Part shown: piece by piece, positions 52,394-64,000 of the stretch
Numbering within the stretch: the stretch's first letter is position 1
How the letters are laid out: every line of letters begins with the position of its first letter
Assembly (NCBI GenBank): GCA_965211635.1
Contig: OZ242948.1
Location: forward strand, 2,054,938 to 2,118,937
From: Dehalococcoidia bacterium
Lineage (GTDB): Bacteria > Chloroflexota > Dehalococcoidia > Bin125
Reading direction: 5' to 3'
DNA length: 64,000 nucleotides
Translations under genes and position numbers: made by a program
The notes under the pieces: model-generated
What the model was told of the DNA's origin: nothing
The model's input: the letters and a program-made list of their open reading frames with translations, nothing else
Databases searched by the model: none

Positions 52394-53536
52394 ATGGGAC
52401 CGCTGAGCGGCATTCGCATCATTGAATTCCAGGGCATCGGACCGGGACCGTTCTGCGGGATGATTCTGTCCGACATGGGCGCGGACATCGTGCGCATCGA
52501 CCGAGCGTCGAACGCGCCCTCGGAGGCGCCGGCGAATCCGCCCGGCGATTTGCTGGCTCGAGGCCGGCGTTCGATCGCGCTGGATTTGAAGAATCCCGAG
52601 GGCGTCGAGGTGGCAATGAAGCTGATCGAAGGCGCTGATGCGCTGTTCGAGGGCTTCCGGCCAGGTGTGATGGAACGCCTGGGATTGGGTCCGGACGTGT
52701 GCCTGGAGCGCAACCCGAAGCTGGTCTACGGGCGAATGACGGGTTGGGGACAGGAGGGTCCCTACGCGCAGATGGCGGGGCATGACATCAACTACATCTC
52801 GCTAGCTGGAGCGCTTGCGCCGATCGCACGCAAGGGACAGGCGCCGGTGCCGCCGCTGAACCTGGTCGGCGACTTCGGCGGCGGCGGCATGTATCTCGCT
52901 GTGGGCATGTTGGGCGCGTTGATCGAGGCGCAACGCTCGGGCAAGGGTCAAGTGGTGGACGCGGCGATGGTGGACGGCGCGTCGTCGCTGATCACTTCCG
53001 TGCATGCGGGACTGGCGACGGGCGGCTGGCGTCGCGGCCGCGCGGCCAACGTGCTCGACACGGGCGCGCACTTCTACGATGCCTACGAGACGCTGGACGG
53101 CAAGTACGTCTCGATTGGCTCGATCGAGCCGCAGTTCTACGCCGAGCTGCTGCACCTGCTGGGCTTGGAGAACGAGGAACTGCCGCGCCAGATGGACAAC
53201 ACGCGCTGGCCGGAGCTGAAGGAGCGGGTGACGGCGATCTTCCGCACGAAAACCCGCACGGAGTGGGAAGCGATCTTCGAGGGATCGGACGTCTGCTTTG
53301 GACCAGTGCTGGAGCCGTGGGAGGCGCCGAACCACCCACACGCAAAGGCTCGCGGCGCGTTCGAAGAGGTCGCGGGCATCGTGCAGCCTGCGCCCGCGCC
53401 GAGGTTCAGCCGGACGAAGTCGGCGATCCAGGGTCCGCCGGCGTATCCGGGTGAGCACACGGACGAGATCCTCGCCGAGATCGGACTGAACGGGTCGCAG
53501 GGCGAGGAGTTGAAGACGGCGGGCGCCGTTCGCTAG
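52394..53536 (+). CDS. CoA transferase family III (CaiB/BaiF; alpha-methylacyl-CoA racemase-like)
   Basis: 380 aa, GIRIIEFQGIGPGPFCGMILSDMGADIVRIDR...; typical family-III N-terminal motif and an Asp-containing active-site region. Confidence 0.8.
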   Translation: MGPLSGIRIIEFQGIGPGPFCGMILSDMGADIVRIDRASNAPSEAPANPPGDLLARGRRSIALDLKNPEGVEVAMKLIEGADALFEGFRPGVMERLGLGPDVCLERNPKLVYGRMTGWGQEGPYAQMAGHDINYISLAGALAPIARKGQAPVPPLNLVGDFGGGGMYLAVGMLGALIEAQRSGKGQVVDAAMVDGASSLITSVHAGLATGGWRRGRAANVLDTGAHFYDAYETLDGKYVSIGSIEPQFYAELLHLLGLENEELPRQMDNTRWPELKERVTAIFRTKTRTEWEAIFEGSDVCFGPVLEPWEAPNHPHAKARGAFEEVAGIVQPAPAPRFSRTKSAIQGPPAYPGEHTDEILAEIGLNGSQGEELKTAGAVR

Positions 53537-53589
53537 GCCAGTCGTCCACTCGGAGCGCATCTTCGCTCTTGCTCTTTGAGAACCAGGCG

Positions 53590-53930
53590 CCCTCTCTCTT
53601 CCCTCTCCCCCCGCTCCGCGGGGGGAGCTGCCGAAGGCAGTGAGGGGTCCGAGAAAGTGGCAGTTGGCGGCGCCCCCCTTCAGTCCCCCCGCCGACGGAG
53701 ACCTTAGCGAAACTCGTCGGCCGCCGGGTTCGGTATGTTTTCCTGTTCGCTGACCGAATAGCCGGATGGATTCCCGCCTGCGCGGGAATGACGGAATGTG
53801 CGATTACGCGCAGGTCTCCTTACGCGGGGGCAGGCTCTACGGGACAGCTTCCCTCCAGGGGGAAGCGGGTTTCGCGCAATCGGACACGAACAAGCCCCCG
53901 ACGCTGCGCGTCGGGGGCTTGTGTTGATGC
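53590..53930. repeat. Composite ~340-bp array of family C and family A repeat modules filling the CoA-transferase/groEL intergenic region
   Basis: CTCCCCCCGC-TCCG-CGGGGGGAG, GGCGCCCCCC..., GGATGGATTCCCGCCTGCGCGGGAATGACGG (53768), CTACGGGACAGCTTCCCTCCAGGGGGAAG, CCCCCGACGC-TGC-GCGTCGGGGG. Confidence 0.65.
53880..53920. terminator. GC-rich hairpin, candidate bidirectional intrinsic terminator between the CoA-transferase gene and groEL
   Basis: AAGCCCCCGACGC-TGC-GCGTCGGGGGCTT, a 13-bp perfect stem. T-rich runs on both flanks (minus-strand reading: ...GCUUGUUCGUGU directly after groEL stop). Confidence 0.4.
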
Positions 53931-53948
53931 TCGTTGGAGCGGTTGGAC

Positions 53949-55643
<1,695 letters not shown>

Positions 55644-55940
55644 CTAGACGACCAGCTTGGCGAGGACCTCGCGCTCTTCGAGCACGATCAGGTCCTCGTT
55701 GTCGATCTGGATTTCCTGGCCGGTGTACTTCTTGTAGAGGATGCGGTCGCCCAGCTCGATGTCGAGCGGGACGCGGTTGCCGTCGTCATCGCGCTTGCCC
55801 GGGCCCACGGCGATGACCTCACCCTGCTGCGGCTTTTCCTTGGCCGAGTCGGGGATGACGATGCCAGAGGACAGGACCTGCTCCTGCTGGAGGGGCTTGA
55901 TCACGAGGCGGTCGTTGAGCGGCTTGAGCTCGGTGGCCAT
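55644..55940 (-). CDS. groES: Co-chaperonin GroES
   Basis: Internal start MATELKPLNDRLVIKPLQQEQVLSSGIVIPDSAKEKPQQGEVIAVGPG... (98 aa). The ORF track version (..56003) over-extends through the CIRCE operator. Confidence 0.9.
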   Translation of the reverse strand: MATELKPLNDRLVIKPLQQEQVLSSGIVIPDSAKEKPQQGEVIAVGPGKRDDDGNRVPLDIELGDRILYKKYTGQEIQIDNEDLIVLEEREVLAKLVV

Positions 55941-55990
55941 AGTGCGGTCTTCCATTCCCTTGTTGCTGGTTGCTTGCCTGAGTTGAGACG

Positions 55991-56018
55991 TTAGCACTCT
56001 CACACTTCGAGTGCTAAC
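55991..56018. promoter_or_regulatory. CIRCE operator (HrcA binding site) for groESL
   Basis: Perfect TTAGCACTC-N9-GAGTGCTAA inverted repeat read directly, ~50 nt upstream of the groES start. Confidence 0.85.
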
Positions 56019-56024
56019 GAGTGA

Positions 56025-56053
56025 ATCGTAGGCAAGGAATCTGGCTGCTGCAA
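56025..56053 (-). promoter_or_regulatory. Putative sigma-A type promoter of groESL (TTGCAG-17-TACGAT) just upstream of CIRCE
   Basis: Minus-strand reading cTTGCAGcagccagattccttgccTACGATtcactcg followed by CIRCE. Spacing and position match the Bacillus-type groESL promoter-operator layout. Confidence 0.45.
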
Positions 56054-56139
56054 GAGCGTCGGGCGTTGCAGTGTGGTCGTTACGTCAGGATTGGAGTGTT
56101 GCGTAATCCACTGAACTAAGCACGAGCCGTTGTCGCCGT

Positions 56140-56400
56140 CATTCCCACCGTATCCGTCACTCCATCGCAGGCGGGAATCCATCCGGCACAGCGGTTGCGT
56201 GAGGAACCGGCTGTCGCCTTCCAATCTTAACTGCAGTCGAGCAGGCGCGACAGTCGGCGCTGCGTACGGAGGTCGTCCTGCATGGATTCCCGCCTGCGCG
56301 GGAATGACGGAGGGAGCGCGGGAATGACGGAGGGGGCGCGGGAATGACGGGGAGGGGGGCGCGGGAATGACGGAGGGGGGCGCGGGAGCGATGTGCGGTT
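56140..56400. repeat. Inverted pair of family A units flanking ~95 bp, followed by four tandem ~20-bp units (GCGCGGGAATGACGGAGGGG)
   Basis: Left unit inverted (CGTCATTCCCACCGTATCCGTCACTCCATCGCAGGCGGGAATCCATCC). Right unit direct (GGATTCCCGCCTGCGCGGGAATGACGG at 56284). Then AGGGAGCGCGGGAATGACGG x4. Confidence 0.65.
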
Positions 56401-56514
56401 CATCCACCGAGGCTTCGTGTACAGCCTTGACAACCGCGGCGCGGGACTGATCGATGCGGGGTCGTGGGCTAAGGTGACCGCATACGCCGACGAGCCATGC
56501 GGGGGTGCGCTGCG

Positions 56515-57462
56515 ATGAGTCGATACATGGGCGACCCGATTGTCTTCACGGGCAATGCGCATCCGCAGCTGGCGCAAGACGTCTGCGCGGCGCTCGACGT
56601 CGAGCTGGGCTGCGCCAATGTGTTCGACTTCGCCAACGGCAACACGTTCGTCCAATTCCTCGACAACATCCGCGAACGGGACGTGTTCCTGATCCAGCCG
56701 GGGGCGAAGCCGGTCAACCACCACCTGGTTGAGCTGCTGATCATGATCGACGCGGCGCGGCGCGCGTCGGCCGGGCGGATCACGGCGGTCGTGCCCTATT
56801 TCGCCTACGGCCGGTCGGACAAGAAGGACCAGCCGCGGGTGCCGATCACGGCGCGGCTGTTCGCCGACCTGATCCAGACCGCCGGCGCCGACCGGATGCT
56901 GACCATGGACCTGCACGCCGGGCAGATACAGGGCTTCTTCCACATCCCGACGGACGAGCTGACAGCGCAGCGGCTGTTGGCTGAGCACTTCCGTTCACAG
57001 GGGTTCGATGGCGTGGTGGTGTCGCCTGATTTCGGGGGGGCCAAGCGGGCGCGAGCGATGGCGGATTTGCTCAACCTGCCGGTGGCGATCGCGGAGAAAC
57101 GGCGGACGGGCAACGACGACCGTGCGGAGATGCTGCAACTGATTGGCGAAGTCGGCGGGCGTGACGCGCTGATCATCGATGATGAGATTGTCACGGCCGG
57201 CACGCTCTGCGAAGTGGCGGAGTTGTTGCGCAGTGAGGGCGCGCAGCGGATCCGGGCGGCGGCCATCCACGGGATTCTGTCACCTCCGGCTCTGGAGCGG
57301 TTGGCGATGAGTCCGATTGCTTCGGTCGTGCTGACCGACACGCTGTCGTTGCCCGAGGATGATCAGGGGGCGGAGTTAGAGACGGTCTCGGTCGCGCCGC
57401 TGCTCGGCGAGGCGATCCGTCGGATCCACGAGGGGGACTCGGTCGGGGCGCTGTTCCGGTAG
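56515..57462 (+). CDS. prs: Ribose-phosphate pyrophosphokinase
   Basis: IVFTGNAHPQLAQDVCAALDVELG...VVPYFAYGRSDKKDQPRVPITARL...; PRPP-binding loop DDEIVTAGT. Start MSRYMGD (track 56497). Confidence 0.9.
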   Translation: MSRYMGDPIVFTGNAHPQLAQDVCAALDVELGCANVFDFANGNTFVQFLDNIRERDVFLIQPGAKPVNHHLVELLIMIDAARRASAGRITAVVPYFAYGRSDKKDQPRVPITARLFADLIQTAGADRMLTMDLHAGQIQGFFHIPTDELTAQRLLAEHFRSQGFDGVVVSPDFGGAKRARAMADLLNLPVAIAEKRRTGNDDRAEMLQLIGEVGGRDALIIDDEIVTAGTLCEVAELLRSEGAQRIRAAAIHGILSPPALERLAMSPIASVVLTDTLSLPEDDQGAELETVSVAPLLGEAIRRIHEGDSVGALFR

Positions 57463-57567
57463 GGGAACCCGGCAGCCTGCGGCTGGGTCGATTCACGGGC
57501 ATCTTCGTCACCGTTATACTGGATGTGTATGCCTGCGAGCGTGGGCAGGCTGATTGGGGACTGACGG

Positions 57568-60306
<2,739 letters not shown>

Positions 60307-60308
60307 GT

Positions 60309-61196
60309 ATGGCGAGCAGCGAACCGTCGACCGAGTCGGGCGGCGACGTCCCGTTCCCGCATCTCGCCGAGCGCGACGGCGCTGCCGACACCGGCTTCGC
60401 GCCCGACATCGATCCTGACGATCGTGCGCTTGACGGTCAGCTGATCGAGTCCGGTCCGGATACGCTGCTGGCCTCATTCTGCTCGCAGGTCCTCGGGGGG
60501 CGGCCGTGGTTCGACGCGCTGCTCGATTGCATCCGCGACTGGGAACCTCCGCGCGAGGTCGTCGATGGGCGCGAGTATGTCTACCTGATCGAGCAGGAGG
60601 CCTTCGACTGGTTGCTGCTGGCCGAGCGCATCTGCGACGCGGCTCCGCCAGGATTGCTGCCGGCGCACGAGGTCGAAGCGATGCTGGTGGACGAGTCGCC
60701 GCCGGTGGCGCTGAGCGAGCCGGAGTTCCAGGAACGGCTGGGCACGCCCAAGTACTGGGCGCACCTGAACTTCCTCTATGGCGTGCGGGTCGAGCAAGCG
60801 CTGCACCTGGCGATGGAGCGGGTGCTGCAGAAGGAGCGCAGCGGGTTGTCGTTCTCGCACCAGCGGCAAGAACTGGATGCGGATGTGTTTGGACGGGTTT
60901 ACGGCGCTCGGCAGGCGGACCTGCTGCGCGAGTACCGGGCTGCAAACAACCGCGAGCACATCGACCCGGAGCGGATCGAGCATGCCGAGTGGCAGGCGTT
61001 CACCTATTGGCTGTTCCGTCGCCGGCTGGAGCGTCAGGATCCGGCCCGAGTCGCGAGCGACACGCGGCAGGGGCTGGAGATGCTGTACGAACTGGAAGCG
61101 GCTCGACAGAGGCGCCGGCGACGACGAACGGTCGTGTCGGCCGGCCCGACTGACGAGTCGGACGTCATTGACGGCGTACTGGTCGGCGTAGGCTAG
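60309..61196 (+). CDS. Hypothetical protein
   Basis: Probable start MASSEPSTESGG... (track start 60252 overlaps the secA end). Acidic N-terminus, no motif I can name. Ends with an Arg-rich tract. Confidence 0.4.
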   Translation: MASSEPSTESGGDVPFPHLAERDGAADTGFAPDIDPDDRALDGQLIESGPDTLLASFCSQVLGGRPWFDALLDCIRDWEPPREVVDGREYVYLIEQEAFDWLLLAERICDAAPPGLLPAHEVEAMLVDESPPVALSEPEFQERLGTPKYWAHLNFLYGVRVEQALHLAMERVLQKERSGLSFSHQRQELDADVFGRVYGARQADLLREYRAANNREHIDPERIEHAEWQAFTYWLFRRRLERQDPARVASDTRQGLEMLYELEAARQRRRRRRTVVSAGPTDESDVIDGVLVGVG

Positions 61197-61286
61197 GTTC
61201 GGCGCGCTCGATGGCTGGCACGCGCCGAACCCGCAACCTCACCCCACTTGCCACACCCCAGACCCTCGATCAAGCGGAGTTCAGCA

Positions 61287-64000
61287 GTGACCACCTCTGA
61301 ATTCGACCTGTCCATCCTCAGCGAACTGAGCGGCGCCTACGACGCCTCAGTCGTCGAGGATCCGATCTACGCCTACTGGGAAGACAATGGCTGGTTCCGA
61401 CCGAGCGGACCTTCTCTCTCCGCCTCGGCGGAGCCTGTCCGCGCGGAGGCGGGGAGGGAGGCGACGCAGGTAGAGGGGGATTCGGTCGCGGGATCCAGAG
61501 GGACCCCCTCTGTCCCTACGGGACAGCTCCCCCTGCCAGGGGGAGCGGAGGCTCGGAAGCCGTTCACGGTGATCATGCCGCCGCCCAATGTGACGGGAGT
61601 GTTGCACCTGGGTCATGCAGTGACGCTGACGATCGAGGACGTATTGATCCGTTGGCACAGAATGCTCGGCGAGCCGACGCTCTGGTTGCCGGGGCTGGAC
61701 CATGCGGGAATCGCGACGCAAAGCGTGGTCGAGCAGCAACTCGCGCGCGAGGGGATGACGCGGCACGACCTCGGTCGTGACGCCTTCGAGGAACGTGTCT
61801 GGGATTGGGTCGGCGTGACCCGACCGCGGATCACCGCGCAGGCTCGGCGGATGGGCGCGTCGTGTGACTGGGAGCGGACAGCGTTCACGCTCGACCCGAC
61901 GCCGCGCGCGGCGGTGCGCAAGACGTTCGTCGATCTGTTCAAGGACGGCAAGATCTATCGCGGCGCGCGGATCATCAACTGGGATCCGCAGATGCTGACG
62001 GCGCTCTCGGATGTCGAAGTCGAGTACGAAGAGGAAGACGGGTACCTCTGGCACGTGCGCTATCCATTCGTGGACGAGCGCGGGAACGAACTCGACGACG
62101 GCGTGGTGATTGCCACAACGCGTCCCGAAACGATTCCGGCCGACGTGGCGATCGCGGTGCATCCGGACAGCGAGCGCTGGCAACCGCACCTGGGCCGGCG
62201 CGTGCGACTGCCGCTGCGCGGCTTCAGTCGGCTGATCCCGCTGGTCGCGGACAGCGCGGTCGACCTGGAGTTCGGCACCGGGGCGCTGAAGATCACGCCC
62301 GGTCACGATCAGCTCGACTTCGAGATCGGCGAGCGGCACGGGCTGGAGCCGATCCGCGTCGTTGACTGGGACGGCTCGATGACGGCCGAGGCCGGACTGT
62401 ACGCCGGGATGGATCGGGACGGAGCTCGCACCCTGGTCGCGCAGCATCTCGAAGAGGACGGCTACCTGGTTGAGACCGAGGCGCACGTACACAACGTGGG
62501 GCACTCGCAGCGCTCGGGCGTCGTGGTGGAGCCGCTGGTCTCGAACCAGTGGTTCGTCGACACCGACGATCTGGCGGCCGAGGCGGCGCGGGTCGTGCGC
62601 GAGGGCGAAGTCAAGATTGTGCCCGAGCGCTCGACCTCGGTCTACCTGCAGTGGATGGACAACATCCGTCCCTGGTGCATTTCGCGCCAGCTCTGGTGGG
62701 GACACCGGATTCCTGCCTGGTACTGCACCGTCTGCGACGCCGCGGCGATCATTCGCGGCGACGACGGAGAGATCACGATCGACGAGGACTCGCATCCGAT
62801 AGTCGAGATGGAGGATCCGACAGCCTGCCCGACCTGCGGCAGGTCGGATCTGGTCCAGGATCCGGATGTGCTGGACACGTGGTTCTCGTCCGGCCTGTGG
62901 ACGCATTCGACGCTTGGTTGGCCCGAGACGAGCGACGACCTGTCGCGCTTCTATCCCTCGTCGGTGATGGAGACGGGCTACGACATCCTCTTTTTCTGGG
63001 TCGCGCGAATGATCATGCTGGGCTGCTTCAACATGGGCGAGCCGCCCTTCCACACGGTCTACCTGCATGGTTTGGTCCGCGACGCGCAGGGTCGGAAGAT
63101 GTCGAAGTCGCTGGACAACGTGGTCGATCCGCTGGAGAAGGCGGACCAGTACGGGATGGACGCGCTGCGCTTCACGCTTGCGACCGGCTCGACGCCGGGC
63201 AACGACATGCGCCTCACGGATGAGCGGCTTGAGGGGTCGCGCAACTTCGCCAACAAGCTCTGGAACGGGGCGAGGTTTGTCCTCGGCGAGATTGCGAATG
63301 CGGCGGATGTCGCCCAGGCTTCGTCCGGCGTAGGGGCAACCCTTGTGGTTGCCCGTCCGGACGAAGATGCGACCAACGATACGAACGGGCGACCACAAGG
63401 GTCGCCCCTACAGGAGCCGTTGGAGGACCGTTGGATTCTGTCGCGACTGCAGGCAGTAACGGACTCGGTGGATGAGTTGCTGCGCCAGTTCCAACTCGGC
63501 GAGGCGGGGCGGCAGATCCAGGACTTTCTCTGGGGCGAGTTCTTTGACTGGTACGTCGAGGCGAGCAAGGTGAGGCTGCGCAACGGGGATGCGTCGCCGC
63601 TGCCCGTGTTGGTCACGGTGCTGGACGGTGGATTGCGGCTGCTGCATCCGTGGATGCCGTTCGTGACCGAGGCGATCTGGCAACAGCTTCGGCCGTACGT
63701 ATCTGGGGAAGAGACGACGGCGTTGATCGGAGCTCGCTATCCGCAGCCCGGTGACCGGGAGAGGGACCTTGAGGCGGAAGCGGCCTTTAGCGCGGTGCAG
63801 GAGATCGTCACGGCCGTGCGCCAGGTGCGCGCCGATTACCGCGTCCAGGCCGGACAGTGGGCGGAGGCGTACGTCCTTCCGCGGATTGAGGTCGCCAATG
63901 CGGTCAGCGCCTCGGCGCCGATCGTTGAGGTCCTCTCGAGAGCGCGCCCGCTGACCATCGTCTCGAATCGTGAAGAGGCGCCGACGGAGCAGATTGCGTC
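61287..64000 (+). CDS. valS: Valine--tRNA ligase (5' ~900 codons; runs off window end) carrying two in-frame repeat-element insertions
   Basis: Own translation from GTG ~61287 (GGAG RBS 8 nt upstream): TTSEFDLSILSELSGAYDASVVEDPIYAYWEDNGWFRPS-[insert]-KPFTVIMPPPNVTGVLHLGHAVTLT... (HIGH), later GRKMSKSLDNVVDP (KMSKS) ~63090. Not in the ORF track because it has no stop inside the window. Confidence 0.9.
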   Translation, partial: MTTSEFDLSILSELSGAYDASVVEDPIYAYWEDNGWFRPSGPSLSASAEPVRAEAGREATQVEGDSVAGSRGTPSVPTGQLPLPGGAEARKPFTVIMPPPNVTGVLHLGHAVTLTIEDVLIRWHRMLGEPTLWLPGLDHAGIATQSVVEQQLAREGMTRHDLGRDAFEERVWDWVGVTRPRITAQARRMGASCDWERTAFTLDPTPRAAVRKTFVDLFKDGKIYRGARIINWDPQMLTALSDVEVEYEEEDGYLWHVRYPFVDERGNELDDGVVIATTRPETIPADVAIAVHPDSERWQPHLGRRVRLPLRGFSRLIPLVADSAVDLEFGTGALKITPGHDQLDFEIGERHGLEPIRVVDWDGSMTAEAGLYAGMDRDGARTLVAQHLEEDGYLVETEAHVHNVGHSQRSGVVVEPLVSNQWFVDTDDLAAEAARVVREGEVKIVPERSTSVYLQWMDNIRPWCISRQLWWGHRIPAWYCTVCDAAAIIRGDDGEITIDEDSHPIVEMEDPTACPTCGRSDLVQDPDVLDTWFSSGLWTHSTLGWPETSDDLSRFYPSSVMETGYDILFFWVARMIMLGCFNMGEPPFHTVYLHGLVRDAQGRKMSKSLDNVVDPLEKADQYGMDALRFTLATGSTPGNDMRLTDERLEGSRNFANKLWNGARFVLGEIANAADVAQASSGVGATLVVARPDEDATNDTNGRPQGSPLQEPLEDRWILSRLQAVTDSVDELLRQFQLGEAGRQIQDFLWGEFFDWYVEASKVRLRNGDASPLPVLVTVLDGGLRLLHPWMPFVTEAIWQQLRPYVSGEETTALIGARYPQPGDRERDLEAEAAFSAVQEIVTAVRQVRADYRVQAGQWAEAYVLPRIEVANAVSASAPIVEVLSRARPLTIVSNREEAPTEQIA
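61421..61556. repeat. Family C modular repeat lying in-frame inside the valS coding sequence
   Basis: GAGCCTGTCCGCGCGGAGGCGGGGAGGGAGG..., GGACCCCCTCTGTCCCTACGGGACAGCTCCCCCTGCCAGGGGGAGCGG; same modules as the intergenic copies. Confidence 0.65.
63328..63414. repeat. Family B inverted-repeat element lying in-frame inside valS
   Basis: GTAGGGGCAACCCTTGTGGTTGCCC ...32 nt... GGGCGACCACAAGGGTCGCCCCTACAG; translated as ...GVGATLVVARPDEDATNDTNGRPQGSPLQ... Confidence 0.7.

Noticed and set aside
61196-61287. T-box leader upstream of valS
   Set aside because: Only ~90 nt of spacer is available, far too short for a T-box (~200-300 nt), and no T-box AGGGUGGNACCGCG sequence is present.
61347-63398. 683-aa ORF on the minus strand (61347..63398)
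   Set aside because: It is fully antisense to valS, which has unambiguous HIGH/KMSKS motifs. Long stop-free antisense frames are expected at this GC content. Its Arg/Pro/His-rich composition is typical of such artefacts. The same reasoning applies to 388..1464(+), 2426..3742(+, antisense to tuf), 10008..11078(-), 36883..37953(-), 40030..41040(+), 44648..45760(-), 48485..49339(-), 57514..58446(-) and 58531..59484(-).

Overview
High-GC (roughly 65-70%) bacterial chromosomal segment. It is dense with housekeeping genes whose content and order look monoderm / Gram-positive-like, possibly Chloroflexota or Thermomicrobia-like; the taxon is inference only.

Main blocks, in order:
- (a) A minus-strand translation cluster: tRNA-Thr/Tyr/Thr, tuf, rpmG, secE, nusG, rplK, rplA.
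- (b) cysS, cysE, a fused ispDF and a YacL-like PIN/TRAM gene.
- (c) A radical-SAM/B12 protein, a DinB-like protein, an M16 peptidase, an MBL hydrolase, lysA, holB and a PSP1/YaaT homologue.
- (d) An origin-type cluster on the minus strand: rpmH, rnpA, yidD, a BamB-like PQQ lipoprotein, yidC, jag, parA, parB. No dnaA is present in the window.
- (e) A TPR/Slt transglycosylase and alr.
- (f) An accessory-looking envelope stretch: CopC-like protein, a hypothetical, DoxX, an MMPL transporter, a large PPC-domain lipoprotein, a GYD protein and tRNA-Thr(CGU).
- (g) An OmpR-family (GlnR-like) regulator followed by two tandem type-I glutamine synthetases.
- (h) An Erg6/SMT-like methyltransferase.
- (i) A 10-gene nuo cluster (nuoA-B-C-D / repeat array / nuoH-J-K-L-M-N) that lacks nuoE, F, G and I.
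- (j) A GNAT acetyltransferase, a family-III CoA transferase, groESL with a CIRCE operator, prs, secA, a hypothetical, and valS running off the end.

Most notable observation: two families of short GC-rich modular palindromic repeats (MITE/REP-like) are scattered through the intergenic regions. Copies sit inside the nuo and groESL operons, overlap stop codons, and lie in-frame inside valS twice, reminiscent of the palindromic elements inserted in-frame into Rickettsia genes (RPEs).

A duplicated perfect palindrome (GTTTCACGTGAAAC, two copies) and a GlnR-box-like site upstream of glnA are also reported.

Many long antisense ORFs in the track are GC-skew artefacts.

Coordinates I derived by hand (tRNAs, repeats, regulatory sites) may be off by 1-2 nt.
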